64,000 nucleotides of DNA from Escherichia coli (GCF_003334355.1 NZ_QOWP01000016.1); one strand, 5' to 3'. Shown: positions 47,162 through 63,561, numbered from the stretch's first letter. Notes: a model not told the origin generated them from the letters alone. A program made the numbers and translations.

Positions 47162-48295
47162 CTACATCGGCAATGTTTTCAACAATCCAAATGCCTCTTT
47201 CATCCGATCCTCACTGACCACAAAGGCGCGAAGCTGGTCAGCATCGTCAACGCCGCGCGCCACCATTCCCTGGCGTTCGGTATTAATTTGCCAGCGTAAA
47301 TCCTGACGCTGGGTTTCGCCTGCCAGATGCAGCGGTAATTCCGGCGTTTTGATTTTCACCAGCATCGCCGGGAGTTTCAGCGGCGTGTTATTGCCGAGAA
47401 GATTTTTTGCCAGCACCATCGCGCTAAGTTGAATCGGCTGGAGGAACGGCAATACCTGACCGTTAATTTCCGCGCAATCGCCCAGCGCGTAAATATCGGT
47501 ATTACTGGTTTGCAGATAACTATCGACGCAAACGCCGCGATTAATCGTCAGCCCGGCGCGTCGTGCCAGGGCGGTTTCCGGGCGCAGTCCGGTGGCGGCA
47601 ATTACCGCATCCACTTCGATATTGCGCTGGCGGTCCAGCGTTGCCTGAATGCCAGAATCCGTTTTTTCCAGCCCCTGTAACTGAGATTTCAACAGCAGAT
47701 GAACGCCCATCTCCGTCAACCGATGCTGCAAGCGGCTGCTTACTTCCGGTGGCATTAACGACGCCAGAATACTGGCAGCGTTGTCGATTAGCGTGACCGC
47801 TTTGCCTGCACGACAAAAATCCATCGCCAGTTCGCTACCAATCAAACCACCGCCAACAATCAACACGCGTCGGGCATCCCGCAGTTGCGTTTCACAGGCG
47901 CGATACTCTTGCTGACTATTTAACGTCAGCATTAACTCACGCCCAGGCACAGGCGGGACAAAGGCACTGGCACCGGTTGCCAGTACTAGCTTGTCGTATT
48001 GCCACTGATTATTCTGGCTTTTCACCACACGGGCTTCGGCATCGATATCCGTCACCCAGGTTTGTGGAAACAGGTGCAGATTAAACTGCTCGGCAAATTC
48101 ACCCGCCGTCTGGCGGGTAAGGTCATCGGCACGTTGCCCCTGACTGATAACATGGCTGATGTCAGGTTTGTTGTACTCATCCATGCTGTCGGCGGCAATC
48201 AAGGTTAATGGAATAGTGGCGTCCTGTTTGCGAATATTTTTCACCAGTTGTCGGGCGGCGAAGCCCGAACCAATGATCACAATGCCGTTGCTCAT
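47162..48295 (-). CDS. norW: NADH:flavorubredoxin oxidoreductase (377 aa)
   Basis: ORF 377 aa, FAD/NAD-binding GxGxxG motifs. Confidence 0.94.
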   Translation of the reverse strand: MSNGIVIIGSGFAARQLVKNIRKQDATIPLTLIAADSMDEYNKPDISHVISQGQRADDLTRQTAGEFAEQFNLHLFPQTWVTDIDAEARVVKSQNNQWQYDKLVLATGASAFVPPVPGRELMLTLNSQQEYRACETQLRDARRVLIVGGGLIGSELAMDFCRAGKAVTLIDNAASILASLMPPEVSSRLQHRLTEMGVHLLLKSQLQGLEKTDSGIQATLDRQRNIEVDAVIAATGLRPETALARRAGLTINRGVCVDSYLQTSNTDIYALGDCAEINGQVLPFLQPIQLSAMVLAKNLLGNNTPLKLPAMLVKIKTPELPLHLAGETQRQDLRWQINTERQGMVARGVDDADQLRAFVVSEDRMKEAFGLLKTLPM

Positions 48296-49731
48296 TTTGC
48301 CTCCGATGCCAGTTCGTCAAAGACGTCTTTGCCGAGGGAGCATTCCGGGCAGAGGAAGTTATCCGGAACTTCACTCCACGGCGTTCCTGGCGCAACGTCC
48401 TGCATTGGCTCGCCTTTTGCCGGATCGTAAATCCACTGGCAGACGCTGCACTGCATCCGTGGGCCGAGGTCAGCCGTCGTGGTGGCAGAGGTTTCTTCTT
48501 TAACCACCGAATTCACCGTGCTCTGCGGCAGCGGCGCGAGCGCCCACTGACGGGCGATTTCGCGACCGTGTTCACGGCATAACTCCAGAGCGTCCTGGTC
48601 TGGTCGCCATTTGGCTTTCAGGCTGAGCGACATTTCGAAACCCGCATCCTGCAGGCGCGTGGAAAGACGATCCACCGCACCGCCGCTCCAGCCGTGAGAT
48701 CCGAAAGCACTGGCGCGTTTGTTACGGAAGCGTAATCCGGTCATCTCCTCCACCAGCCCGGCGATTTTCGGCATCATCACGTTATTCATCGTCGAAGTGC
48801 CGACCAGCACGCCTTTTGAGCGGAAGACATTGGTCAGGATTTCGTTTTTATCGCTTCGGGCGACGTTGAAAATTTTCACCGCCACGCGTGGGTCGGTTTC
48901 CGCAATTCCCTGGGCGATAGCGTCAGCCATCATGCGGGTGTTATTCGACATGGTGTCGTAGAAAATGGTGATTCTGTCTTCCTGATAATCAGCCGCCCAT
49001 TTCAGGTACAGCTCGACAATTTGCGTCGGGTTATCGCGCCATACCACGCCGTGGGAAGTGGCTATCATATCGACTGGTAAGTTAAAGCCCAGGATCTCGG
49101 TAATTTTCGGCGTTACCAGGCGGCTGAACGGCGTCAGGATATTGGCGTAGTAACGTTGGCACTGCTCGAAAAGCTCCGTCTGATCCACTTCATCGTTGAA
49201 CAGATGCTCGTCGCAGTAGTGCTGACCGAAAGCATCGTTACTGAACAGCACCGCGTCGCCTGTCAGGTAAGTCATCATGCTGTCCGGCCAGTGCAGCATT
49301 GGTGTTTCGACAAAAATGAGCTGTTTGCCGTTGCCGATATCCAGCGTGTCGCCAGTTTTCACCACATTAAAATTCCACTCCGGATGATGGTGATGACCAT
49401 TTATCGAGTCGATAGCGTTGGCAGTACAGTAGATCGGCGTATCGGGAATTTGTGCCATCAGTTCGGTCAGCGCCCCAGCGTGGTCCTCTTCTGCATGGTT
49501 AATCACGATGTAATCGATATCCGCCAGATCGATTTCATTACGCAGGTTCTGCACAAATTCGCGGCTGAATTTATGGTCGACGGTGTCGATCAGCACGTTT
49601 TTTTCTTCGCGGATGAGGTAGCTATTGTAGCTGCTGCCGCGCAGCGTTTTATATTCCGTGCCGTGAAAATCACGCACTTCCCAGTCACGTTGACCAACCC
49701 AATGAATGTTATTTTTCACCACAATAGACAT
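48292..49731 (-). CDS. norV: Anaerobic nitric oxide reductase flavorubredoxin (479 aa)
   Basis: ORF 479 aa, metallo-beta-lactamase-like plus flavodoxin domains and C-terminal rubredoxin CxxC...CxxC. Confidence 0.95.
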   Translation of the reverse strand: MSIVVKNNIHWVGQRDWEVRDFHGTEYKTLRGSSYNSYLIREEKNVLIDTVDHKFSREFVQNLRNEIDLADIDYIVINHAEEDHAGALTELMAQIPDTPIYCTANAIDSINGHHHHPEWNFNVVKTGDTLDIGNGKQLIFVETPMLHWPDSMMTYLTGDAVLFSNDAFGQHYCDEHLFNDEVDQTELFEQCQRYYANILTPFSRLVTPKITEILGFNLPVDMIATSHGVVWRDNPTQIVELYLKWAADYQEDRITIFYDTMSNNTRMMADAIAQGIAETDPRVAVKIFNVARSDKNEILTNVFRSKGVLVGTSTMNNVMMPKIAGLVEEMTGLRFRNKRASAFGSHGWSGGAVDRLSTRLQDAGFEMSLSLKAKWRPDQDALELCREHGREIARQWALAPLPQSTVNSVVKEETSATTTADLGPRMQCSVCQWIYDPAKGEPMQDVAPGTPWSEVPDNFLCPECSLGKDVFDELASEAK

Positions 49732-49777
49732 AGCAACCTCAATTTATTCAGCGTGTTCTAAAAAGATGTCTTGCTAA

Positions 49778-49795
49778 TTGCAGATTGCGTGCCAG
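49778..49795 (-). promoter_or_regulatory. Sigma54 (-24/-12) promoter for norVW
   Basis: Minus strand reads CTGGCACGCAATCTGCAA (TGGCAC-N5-CTGCA), about 45 bp upstream of norV start. Confidence 0.75.
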
Positions 49796-49849
49796 TTTTT
49801 TATCTGATTGTTTTTACTATATAAATAAAATTATGCCCATTAATGAGTA

Positions 49850-49905
49850 GTCAAAATGACTATCAATCAAATGGTCGATATGACAATATCTATAGTCAAA
49901 TTGAC
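49850..49905. promoter_or_regulatory. Three NorR enhancer-binding sites (GT-N7-AC inverted repeats)
   Basis: GTCAAAATGAC (49850-49860), GTCGATATGAC (49874-49884), GTCAAATTGAC (49895-49905), between the norV promoter and the norR start. Confidence 0.8.
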
Positions 49906-49917
49906 AGTGAGGCAAAG

Positions 49918-51432
49918 ATGAGTTTTTCCGTTGATGTGCTGGCGAATATCGCCATCGAATTGCAGCGTGGGATTGGTCACCAGGATCGTTTTCAGCGCCT
50001 GATCACCACGCTACGTCAGGTGCTGGAGTGCGATGCGTCTGCGTTGCTACGTTACGATTCGCGGCAGTTTATTCCGCTTGCCATCGACGGTCTGGCAAAG
50101 GATGTACTCGGTAGACGCTTTGCGCTGGAAGGGCATCCACGGCTGGAAGCGATTGCCCGCGCCGGGGATGTGGTGCGCTTTCCCGCAGACAGCGAATTGC
50201 CCGATCCCTATGACGGTTTGATTCCTGGGCAGGAGAGTCTGAAGGTTCACGCCTGCGTTGGTCTGCCATTGTTTGCCGGGCAAAACCTGATCGGCGCACT
50301 GACGCTCGACGGGATGCAGCCCGATCAGTTCGATGTTTTCAGCGACGAAGAGCTACGGCTGATTGCTGCGCTGGCGGCGGGAGCGTTAAGCAATGCGTTG
50401 CTGATTGAACAACTGGAAAGCCAGAATATGCTGCCAGGCGATGCCACGCCGTTTGAAGCGGTGAAACAGACGCAGATGATTGGCTTGTCCCCTGGCATGA
50501 CGCAACTGAAAAAAGAGATTGAGATTGTGGCGGCGTCCGATCTCAACGTCCTGATCAGCGGTGAGACTGGAACCGGTAAGGAGCTGGTGGCGAAAGCGAT
50601 TCATGAAGCCTCGCCACGGGCGGTGAATCCGCTGGTCTATCTCAACTGTGCTGCACTGCCGGAAAGTGTGGCGGAAAGTGAGTTGTTCGGGCATGTGAAA
50701 GGAGCGTTTACTGGCGCTATCAGTAATCGCAGCGGGAAGTTTGAAATGGCGGATAACGGCACGCTGTTTCTGGATGAGATCGGCGAGTTGTCGTTGGCAT
50801 TGCAGGCCAAGCTGCTGAGGGTGTTGCAGTATGGCGATATTCAGCGCGTTGGCGATGACCGTTGTTTGCGGGTCGATGTGCGCGTGCTGGCGGCGACTAA
50901 CCGCGATTTACGCGAAGAGGTGCTGGCAGGGCGATTCCGCGCCGATTTGTTTCATCGCCTGAGCGTGTTTCCACTTTCGGTGCCGCCGCTGCGTGAGCGG
51001 GGCGATGATGTCATTCTGCTGGCGGGGTATTTCTGCGAGCAGTGTCGTTTGCGGCAGGGGCTCTCCCGCGTGGTATTAAGTGCCGGAGCGCGAAATTTAC
51101 TGCAACACTACAGTTTTCCGGGAAACGTGCGCGAACTGGAACATGCTATTCATCGGGCGGTAGTTCTGGCGAGAGCCACCCGCAGCGGCGATGAAGTGAT
51201 TCTTGAGGCGCAACATTTTGCTTTTCCTGAGGTGACGTTGCCGACGCCAGAAGTGGCGGCGGTGCCCGTTGTTAAGCAAAACCTGCGTGAAGCGACAGAA
51301 GCGTTCCAGCGTGAAACTATTCGTCAGGCACTGGCACAAAATCATCACAACTGGGCTGCCTGCGCGCGGATGCTGGAAACCGACGTCGCCAACCTGCATC
51401 GGCTGGCGAAACGTCTGGGATTGAAGGATTAA
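49918..51432 (+). CDS. norR: Nitric oxide-responsive sigma54-dependent activator NorR (504 aa)
   Basis: ORF track 529 aa; start at [18 protein letters not shown]; GAF domain, AAA+ ([14 protein letters not shown]), C-terminal HTH. Confidence 0.92.
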   Translation: MSFSVDVLANIAIELQRGIGHQDRFQRLITTLRQVLECDASALLRYDSRQFIPLAIDGLAKDVLGRRFALEGHPRLEAIARAGDVVRFPADSELPDPYDGLIPGQESLKVHACVGLPLFAGQNLIGALTLDGMQPDQFDVFSDEELRLIAALAAGALSNALLIEQLESQNMLPGDATPFEAVKQTQMIGLSPGMTQLKKEIEIVAASDLNVLISGETGTGKELVAKAIHEASPRAVNPLVYLNCAALPESVAESELFGHVKGAFTGAISNRSGKFEMADNGTLFLDEIGELSLALQAKLLRVLQYGDIQRVGDDRCLRVDVRVLAATNRDLREEVLAGRFRADLFHRLSVFPLSVPPLRERGDDVILLAGYFCEQCRLRQGLSRVVLSAGARNLLQHYSFPGNVRELEHAIHRAVVLARATRSGDEVILEAQHFAFPEVTLPTPEVAAVPVVKQNLREATEAFQRETIRQALAQNHHNWAACARMLETDVANLHRLAKRLGLKD

Positions 51433-52394
51433 ATAATCCCGGCCTGATAGAAATCCTGCAGGTTTATTGCGCCGGTGAGTTTGCCGTTTTCATCCACCAC
51501 CGGTGCGGCAGTGATTTTGCGCTTCATCAGGATCTCTTTGGCGTCGATGGCGCGACTTTGCGATTGCAACGTGGTGCCGCCGACCGTCATCGCTTCATTG
51601 ACTGGCGTGGTGAGTGCGCCGCCGCCAACCAGCCAGCGACGTAAATCGCCGTCGGTAAAGACGCCTTGTACCTGTTGTTGAGCGTCACATACCGCCACCA
51701 GCCCCAGACCGGTGCGGCTGAGTTCCAGCATCGCATCCATCACGCTGGCGGTTAACGCCACCTGTGGGATGGAATCGTCACGGCGCATCAGATGATGCAC
51801 TTTATTCAGCAAGCGAGCGCCCAGTGCCCCGGCTGGGTGGGAGCGGGCAAAATCTTCTTCATTAAATCCGCGCGCCTGCATGACCGCCATCGCCAGCGCG
51901 TCACCCATCATCAGGGTATTGACGGTGCTGGAGGTCGGCGCAAGGTGCATCGGGCAGGCTTCGCGTTCTACGGAGATATCCAGCACCGCTTTTGCCGCCA
52001 GGCCCAGCGGTGACGTCGGTTTGCCGGTCATCGCCAGCAGCGCGATAGATTTATCTTCCAGACGCGGAATAATCAGATCCAGTTCCTTCGCGCCACCGGA
52101 GTAAGAGATAAACAGCATCACATCGCGGCTTTCGATCATCCCCAGATCGCCGTGCAGCGCTTCTGCCGGATGGACAAAAAAAGCCGGAGTGCCGGTACTG
52201 GCAAGCGTTGCGGCGATTTTCTTACCAATGTGGCCCGATTTGCCAATTCCCGAAACCACCACTTTGCCTTCACAGTGCAGGATGATATTGGCGGCGCGAA
52301 CAAAATCATCGCCCAGACGTTCCGGTAAACGGCTTGCTTCCTGCAACTCCAGCATTAACGTCTGACGTCCCGCGTTCAGTAGTGCTTCACTCAT
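51429..52394 (-). CDS. gutQ: D-arabinose 5-phosphate isomerase (321 aa)
   Basis: ORF 321 aa, SIS domain plus tandem CBS domains. Confidence 0.93.
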
Positions 52395-53160
52395 TGCTCT
52401 CTCCGGTTATGATCACATCGATCCCTTTCTCTTCCAGCGCCTGACGAAACGCCGGATCGATACCTGCGTCGGTAATCAGCTTATCGACGCTTTCAAGACT
52501 GCAAACTACGTTGGGGCTTTTACGGCCAAACTTTGATGAGTCCGCCATCAAAATCACTTCGCGCGCGGCATTGCACATTGCCTTACTGACGGTATAAACC
52601 TCGTTAAAGGTGGTTACGCCCGCATTGAGATCGATGCCGTCGGTGCCCATAAACAATTTATCGAAGGTGAAATGCTCGAAGGCATTCTCTGCCAGTTGCC
52701 CGTGAAATGAGGCCGATTTTTTGCGAAACGTTCCGCCTGGCATCAGGATAGTTTGTTCGTTATCCAGTTCGGATAGCGCATTGACGATATGCAGGCTGTT
52801 GGTCATCACCGTGATGTTATTAAAGCGCGAGAGCAGGGGAACCATCTGCAAAACGGTACTGCCAGCATCAAGAATGATCGAATCGCCATCATGGATAAAA
52901 CTAACGGCAGCTTCTGCAATCAGCTCTTTCTTGTGGGTGTTGATGAGTGTTTTATGATCGATAGGCGGATCGGATTCCTCTTTATTCAACACCACTCCGC
53001 CATAAGTACGAATGACGGTTCCGGCATGTTCCAGAATGACCAGATCTTTGCGAATGGTTGTGCCTGTGGTGTCAAAGTATTGCGCCAATTCTTCAACCGA
53101 GCATTTACCCTGCTTTTGCAGATACTCCAGAATGGCGGCCTGACGCTGACGAGGTTTCAT
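52387..53160 (-). CDS. srlR: DeoR-family glucitol operon repressor (257 aa)
   Basis: ORF 257 aa with N-terminal HTH. Confidence 0.93.
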
Positions 53161-53226
53161 GGGCGTGATTACCTGATTTAGGTTTCAAAATGATAACTTC
53201 GCAAGCAAGTAACATTCACAACGAAA

Positions 53227-53586
53227 TTATCCACGTTTCAGTTTAAGCGCCAATGATAGAGCATTCTGTGATAGTGGATCATGGGGAAAGATCACATCGG
53301 GCTGTAAATCACCCGCATGCATACCGGTAATTGCGGGAATTTTTTGCGGTCGGGCGAAGACGGTCAGTCCTTTCATAAACAAGGTGTCGACGATGCGCTG
53401 CTGATCGTCCAGCGCGATGGCGACCACGACCCGCGGTTTAAAGCGCCCGCTGGAACGGCCCACGCCAACCCGCCCTTGCTGGCATAGTGTGTCGAAGGCA
53501 CGGTTAAAACGAGAAATTTGCCAGCCGCCTAAGGCCAGTTGCGCACACCAGGCGATAACGGCGACGGTGATGAGTGCGGATACCAT
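53227..53586 (-). CDS. gutM: Glucitol operon activator GutM (119 aa)
   Basis: ORF 119 aa with N-terminal hydrophobic segment; between srlD and srlR. Confidence 0.9.
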   Translation of the reverse strand: MVSALITVAVIAWCAQLALGGWQISRFNRAFDTLCQQGRVGVGRSSGRFKPRVVVAIALDDQQRIVDTLFMKGLTVFARPQKIPAITGMHAGDLQPDVIFPHDPLSQNALSLALKLKRG

Positions 53587-53690
53587 AACTTTTCCTTAAT
53601 GTAGTGGCGGAAGTCCTGTATGCCTGATGAGCGTAGCGCATCAGGCATTCTATAGTCTCACGGAGATCCTTAATGGATCTCCGCTGTTGA

Positions 53691-54845
<1,155 letters not shown>

Positions 54846-54855
54846 GTTTCAGCCT

Positions 54856-56393
<1,538 letters not shown>

Positions 56394-56630
56394 TTATTGT
56401 TTTATTACCAAACGGCAACCTAATCTAATCAGATTGAAAGATTTAAAAGTGTTATTTTGATCGCAAAATGAAAGATAAATATTTTAATTTGAAAGTTTGA
56501 ATAAAAGGATAGCGAGGGGAATGAGTTGAGTTATGTAAAGTCCGTATCGGGCAGTGACTACCGCTTCCTTGTGCGGGGCGTGATGCTTTACCATACTTGC
56601 CCCTGGTTGAATCTGTTAAATGGACCCCTC

Positions 56631-57716
56631 ATGTTCAAGCGTCGTTATGTAACATTGCTTCCCCTTTTTGTGTTGCTTGCCGCCTGTAGCAGCAAGCCAA
56701 AACCTACTGAGACTGATACGACCACCGGAACGCCGTCTGGCGGCTTCCTGCTTGAGCCGCAGCACAATGTGATGCAGATGGGCGGCGATTTCGCTAATAA
56801 CCCGAATGCCCAGCAGTTCATCGACAAAATGGTGAACAAACACGGTTTCGATCGTCAGCAGTTGCAGGAAATTCTCTCCCAGGCGAAGCGTCTGGATTCG
56901 GTACTGCGGCTGATGGATAACCAGGCACCAACCACATCGGTGAAACCGCCATCAGGTCCGAACGGCGCATGGCTCCGTTATCGCAAAAAATTTATTACGC
57001 CGGACAACGTGCAGAACGGTGTGGTTTTCTGGAATCAGTATGAAGATGCGTTGAATCGCGCGTGGCAGGTGTATGGAGTACCGCCGGAAATTATCGTCGG
57101 GATTATCGGCGTTGAAACCCGCTGGGGGCGCGTGATGGGGAAAACTCGCATCCTCGATGCGCTGGCAACGCTGTCATTTAACTACCCACGCCGCGCGGAG
57201 TATTTCTCTGGCGAGCTGGAAACCTTCCTGTTGATGGCGCGCGACGAGCAGGACGATCCGCTCAATCTGAAAGGTTCCTTTGCCGGGGCGATGGGCTACG
57301 GACAGTTTATGCCGTCGTCTTACAAACAATATGCGGTAGATTTCAGCGGCGACGGGCATATCAACCTGTGGGATCCGGTTGATGCGATCGGTAGCGTGGC
57401 GAACTATTTCAAAGCGCACGGCTGGGTGAAAGGCGATCAGGTCGCGGTAATGGCAAACGGTCAGGCTCCAGGCTTGCCAAATGGCTTCAAAACTAAGTAC
57501 AGCATTTCGCAGCTTGCCGCCGCAGGTTTAACGCCACAGCAGCCGCTGGGCAACCATCAACAAGCCAGCCTGCTGCGTCTGGATGTTGGCACCGGCTACC
57601 AGTACTGGTACGGTCTGCCGAACTTCTACACCATCACCCGTTACAACCACAGCACCCATTACGCAATGGCGGTCTGGCAGTTAGGACAAGCCGTGGCGCT
57701 GGCGCGAGTACAGTAG
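56631..57716 (+). CDS. mltB: Membrane-bound lytic murein transglycosylase B (361 aa)
   Basis: ORF track 396 aa; start at MFKRRYVTLLPLFVLLAACSS (lipoprotein signal with lipobox). Confidence 0.9.
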   Translation: MFKRRYVTLLPLFVLLAACSSKPKPTETDTTTGTPSGGFLLEPQHNVMQMGGDFANNPNAQQFIDKMVNKHGFDRQQLQEILSQAKRLDSVLRLMDNQAPTTSVKPPSGPNGAWLRYRKKFITPDNVQNGVVFWNQYEDALNRAWQVYGVPPEIIVGIIGVETRWGRVMGKTRILDALATLSFNYPRRAEYFSGELETFLLMARDEQDDPLNLKGSFAGAMGYGQFMPSSYKQYAVDFSGDGHINLWDPVDAIGSVANYFKAHGWVKGDQVAVMANGQAPGLPNGFKTKYSISQLAAAGLTPQQPLGNHQQASLLRLDVGTGYQYWYGLPNFYTITRYNHSTHYAMAVWQLGQAVALARVQ

Positions 57717-57860
57717 CTATTTACAAGAGGGGGGCGTGAGCTTCCCTCTGGCTAATCAGCTTTTTTCTGAATCCTCCTCGTAAAATTGCAACGCCAACAC
57801 CATCTTCCTGACGAAAGTGCTATCTTGTCCGGCATAAATTTTTGACTGACAGAGGTTGTG

Positions 57861-58358
57861 ATGACTGACAGTGAACTGATGCAGTTAAGTGAACAGGTTG
57901 GGCAGGCGCTGAAAGCCCGTGGCGCAACCGTAACAACTGCCGAGTCTTGTACCGGTGGTTGGGTAGCGAAAGTGATTACCGATATTGCCGGTAGCTCCGC
58001 CTGGTTTGAACGCGGATTTGTCACCTACAGTAACGAAGCCAAAGCGCAGATGATCGGCGTACGCGAAGAGACGCTGGCGCAGCATGGCGCGGTGAGTGAA
58101 CCCGTCGTGGTGGAAATGGCGATAGGCGCACTGAAAGCGGCTCGTGCTGATTATGCCGTGTCTATTAGTGGTATCGCCGGGCCGGATGGCGGCAGTGAAG
58201 AGAAGCCTGTCGGCACCGTCTGGTTTGCTTTTGCCACTGCCCGCGGTGAAGGCATTACCCGGCGGGAATGCTTCAGCGGCGACCGTGATGCGGTGCGTCG
58301 TCAGGCTACTGCGTATGCATTGCAGACCTTGTGGCAACAATTTCTACAAAACACTTGA
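57861..58358 (+). CDS. pncC: NMN amidohydrolase PncC, CinA-like (165 aa)
   Basis: ORF track starts at GTG 57858; ATG at 57861 gives MTDSELMQLSEQ... Confidence 0.9.
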   Translation: MTDSELMQLSEQVGQALKARGATVTTAESCTGGWVAKVITDIAGSSAWFERGFVTYSNEAKAQMIGVREETLAQHGAVSEPVVVEMAIGALKAARADYAVSISGIAGPDGGSEEKPVGTVWFAFATARGEGITRRECFSGDRDAVRRQATAYALQTLWQQFLQNT

Positions 58359-59499
<1,141 letters not shown>

Positions 59500-59517
59500 T
59501 CGTCTTGTTTGATACAC

Positions 59518-59549
59518 AAGGGTCGCATCTGCGGCCCTTTTGCTTTTTT
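59518..59549 (+). terminator. Intrinsic terminator/attenuator between recA and recX
   Basis: Hairpin GGGTCGCATCTGCGGCCC followed by TTTTGCTTTTTT. Confidence 0.75.
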
Positions 59550-59567
59550 AAGTTGTAAGGATATGCC

Positions 59568-60068
59568 ATGACAGAATCAACATCCCGTCGCCCGGCATAT
59601 GCTCGCCTGTTGGATCGTGCGGTACGCATTCTGGCGGTGCGCGATCACAGTGAGCAAGAACTGCGACGTAAACTCGCGGCACCGATTATGGGCAAAAATG
59701 GCCCAGAAGAGATTGATGCTACGGCAGAAGATTACGAGCGCGTTATTGCCTGGTGCCATGAACATGGCTATCTCGATGACAGCCGATTTGTTGCGCGCTT
59801 TATCGCCAGCCGTAGCCGCAAAGGTTATGGACCTGCGCGTATTCGCCAGGAACTGAATCAGAAAGGTATTTCCCGCGAAGCGACAGAAAAAGCGATGCGT
59901 GAATGTGACATCGACTGGTGCGCACTGGCGCGCGATCAGGCGACGCGAAAATATGGCGAACCTTTGCCAACTGTCTTTTCAGAAAAAGTTAAGATCCAGC
60001 GTTTTCTGCTCTATCGTGGCTATCTGATGGAAGATATCCAGGAGATTTGGCGAAATTTTGCCGACTGA
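59568..60068 (+). CDS. recX: RecA regulator RecX (166 aa)
   Basis: ORF 166 aa immediately downstream of recA. Confidence 0.93.
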   Translation: MTESTSRRPAYARLLDRAVRILAVRDHSEQELRRKLAAPIMGKNGPEEIDATAEDYERVIAWCHEHGYLDDSRFVARFIASRSRKGYGPARIRQELNQKGISREATEKAMRECDIDWCALARDQATRKYGEPLPTVFSEKVKIQRFLLYRGYLMEDIQEIWRNFAD

Positions 60069-60195
60069 ACGCATACGGTATTTTACTTCCCAGTCAAGAA
60101 AACTTATCTTATTCCCACTTTTCAGTTACCAGCCCGGCGGTTAAGACACGCTGGAGCTGGTGGCGATATTTCGTTAGCTTGATTTCAGGATAATT

Positions 60196-62826
60196 ATGAG
60201 CAAGAGCACCGCTGAGATCCGTCAGGCGTTTCTCGACTTTTTCCATAGTAAGGGACATCAGGTAGTTGCCAGCAGCTCCCTGGTACCCCATAACGACCCA
60301 ACTTTGTTGTTTACCAACGCCGGGATGAACCAGTTCAAGGATGTGTTCCTTGGGCTCGACAAGCGTAATTATTCCCGCGCTACCACTTCCCAACGCTGCG
60401 TGCGTGCGGGTGGTAAACACAACGACCTGGAAAACGTCGGTTACACCGCGCGTCACCATACCTTCTTCGAAATGCTGGGCAACTTCAGCTTCGGCGACTA
60501 TTTCAAACACGATGCCATTCAGTTTGCATGGGAACTGCTGACCAGCGAAAAATGGTTTGCCCTGCCGAAAGAGCGTCTGTGGGTTACCGTCTATGAAAGC
60601 GACGACGAAGCCTACGAAATCTGGGAAAAAGAAGTAGGGATCCCGCGCGAACGTATTATTCGCATCGGCGATAACAAAGGTGCGCCATACGCATCTGACA
60701 ACTTCTGGCAGATGGGTGACACTGGTCCGTGCGGCCCGTGCACCGAAATCTTCTACGATCACGGCGACCACATTTGGGGGGGCCCTCCGGGAAGCCCGGA
60801 AGAAGACGGCGACCGCTACATTGAGATCTGGAACATCGTCTTCATGCAGTTCAACCGCCAGGCCGATGGCACGATGGAACCGCTGCCGAAGCCGTCTGTA
60901 GATACCGGTATGGGTCTGGAGCGTATTGCTGCGGTGCTGCAACACGTTAACTCTAACTATGACATCGACCTGTTCCGCACGCTGATCCAGGCGGTAGCGA
61001 AAGTCACTGGCGCAACCGATCTGAGCAATAAATCGCTGCGCGTAATCGCTGACCACATTCGTTCTTGTGCGTTCCTGATCGCGGATGGCGTAATGCCGTC
61101 CAATGAAAACCGTGGTTATGTACTGCGTCGTATCATTCGTCGCGCAGTGCGTCACGGTAATATGCTCGGCGCGAAAGAAACCTTCTTCTACAAACTGGTT
61201 GGTCCGCTGATCGACGTTATGGGCTCTGCGGGTGAAGACCTGAAACGCCAGCAGGCGCAGGTTGAGCAGGTGCTGAAGACTGAAGAAGAGCAGTTTGCTC
61301 GTACTCTGGAGCGCGGTCTGGCGTTGCTGGATGAAGAGCTGGCAAAACTTTCTGGTGATACGCTGGATGGTGAAACTGCTTTCCGTCTGTACGACACCTA
61401 TGGCTTCCCGGTTGACCTGACGGCTGATGTTTGTCGTGAGCGCAACATCAAAGTTGACGAAGCTGGTTTTGAAGCTGCAATGGAAGAGCAGCGTCGTCGC
61501 GCGCGCGAAGCCAGCGGCTTTGGTGCCGATTACAACGCAATGATCCGTGTTGACAGTGCATCTGAATTTAAAGGCTATGACCATCTGGAACTGAACGGCA
61601 AAGTGACTGCGCTGTTTGTTGATGGTAAAGCGGTTGATGCCATCAATGCAGGCCAGGAAGCTGTGGTCGTGCTGGATCAAACGCCATTCTATGCGGAATC
61701 CGGCGGTCAGGTTGGCGATAAAGGCGAACTGAAAGGCGCTAACTTCTCCTTTGCGGTGGAAGATACGCAGAAATACGGCCAGGCGATTGGTCACATCGGT
61801 AAACTTGCTGCGGGTTCTCTGAAAGTGGGCGACGCGGTGCAGGCTGATGTTGATGAGGCTCGTCGCGCCCGTATTCGTCTGAATCACTCCGCAACGCACC
61901 TGATGCACGCTGCGCTGCGCCAGGTTCTGGGTACTCATGTATCGCAGAAAGGTTCACTGGTTAACGACAAGGTGCTGCGCTTCGACTTCTCACACAACGA
62001 AGCGATGAAACCAGAAGAGATTCGTGCGGTCGAAGACCTGGTGAACACACAGATTCGTCGCAATTTGCCGATCGAAACCAACATCATGGATCTCGAAGCG
62101 GCGAAAGCGAAAGGTGCGATGGCGCTGTTCGGCGAGAAGTATGATGAGCGCGTACGCGTGCTGAGCATGGGCGATTTCTCTACCGAGTTGTGTGGCGGTA
62201 CTCACGCCAGCCGCACTGGTGATATTGGTCTGTTCCGCATCATCTCTGAATCGGGTACTGCTGCAGGCGTTCGTCGTATCGAAGCGGTAACCGGAGAAGG
62301 TGCTATCGCCACCGTTCATGCAGACAGCGATCGCTTAAGCGAAGTCGCGCATCTGCTGAAAGGCGATAGCAATAATCTGGCTGATAAAGTGCGCTCAGTA
62401 CTGGAACGTACGCGTCAGCTGGAAAAAGAGTTACAACAGCTTAAAGAACAAGCTGCCGCACAGGAGAGCGCAAATCTTTCCAGTAAGGCAATTGATGTTA
62501 ATGGTGTTAAGCTGTTGGTTAGCGAGCTTAGCGGTGTTGAGCCGAAAATGTTGCGTACCATGGTTGACGATTTAAAAAATCAGCTGGGGTCGACAATTAT
62601 CGTGCTGGCAACGGTAGTCGAAGGTAAGGTTTCTCTGATTGCAGGCGTATCTAAGGACGTCACAGATCGTGTGAAAGCAGGGGAACTGATTGGTATGGTC
62701 GCTCAGCAGGTGGGCGGCAAGGGTGGTGGACGTCCTGACATGGCGCAAGCCGGTGGTACGGATGCTGCGGCCTTACCTGCAGCGTTAGCCAGTGTGAAAG
62801 GCTGGGTCAGCGCGAAATTGCAATAA
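60196..62826 (+). CDS. alaS: Alanine--tRNA ligase (876 aa)
   Basis: ORF 876 aa, [24 protein letters not shown]...; class II aaRS motifs. Confidence 0.97.
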
Positions 62827-63060
62827 TATAAGCGTCAGGCAATGCCGTGGACTCGCTTCACGGCATTCGCATTAACGCTATCGACAACGATAAAGTCAGG
62901 TTGAAGTTGTGTATATCGGCTAAACTTAGGTTTAACAGAATGTAATGCCATGACTGCTTAGATGTAATGTGTTTGTCATTGCTTACTTTTTGGCGTTATA
63001 TGATGGATAATGCCGGGATACAGAGAGACCCGACTCTTTTAATCTTTCAAGGAGCAAAGA

Positions 63061-63246
63061 ATGCTGATTCTGACTCGTCGAGTTGGTGAGACCCTCATGA
63101 TTGGGGATGAGGTCACCGTGACAGTTTTAGGGGTAAAGGGCAACCAGGTACGTATTGGCGTAAATGCCCCGAAGGAAGTTTCTGTTCACCGTGAAGAGAT
63201 CTACCAGCGTATCCAGGCTGAAAAATCCCAGCAGTCCAGTTACTAA
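63061..63246 (+). CDS. csrA: Carbon storage regulator CsrA (61 aa)
   Basis: ORF 61 aa [61 protein letters not shown]. Confidence 0.97.
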
Positions 63247-63561
63247 TCTTTCCGCGTCTCATCTTTATCGGTGAGACGCACCCTCAAAATTTCTCCTTCA
63301 CTCTATAGTCTTTTCGCTTTACTCCCGTTCATTCAACTTAAGTCTCCATTTTTTTGCATTACTACTATCTGTCAGACCTCCATTCTTCTGTTGATAAAAC
63401 ACTCTTTTTGACGTTTTTACAGACTAATTGAACGTGAAGTGTGCAAACGATAAAAGTGTAGGAAAAATTGTTTGACTTATAAGTCTCAGAAAGTAATATG
63501 TGCGCCACGCAGCGACGATGAGCGATAAACAAGTTCTTCGAAGCACTCGTAAGAGGCGTGT

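Noticed and set aside
60109-61938. 609-aa ORF on the minus strand
   Set aside because: Lies entirely antisense to alaS, whose 876-aa product is unambiguous; long antisense open frames are a common by-product of codon bias in highly expressed genes, and there is no start context or RBS to support it.
62839-62868. Hairpin after alaS (AATGCCGTG...CACGGCATT) as terminator
   Set aside because: Good stem but no following U-run; left uncalled for lack of support.
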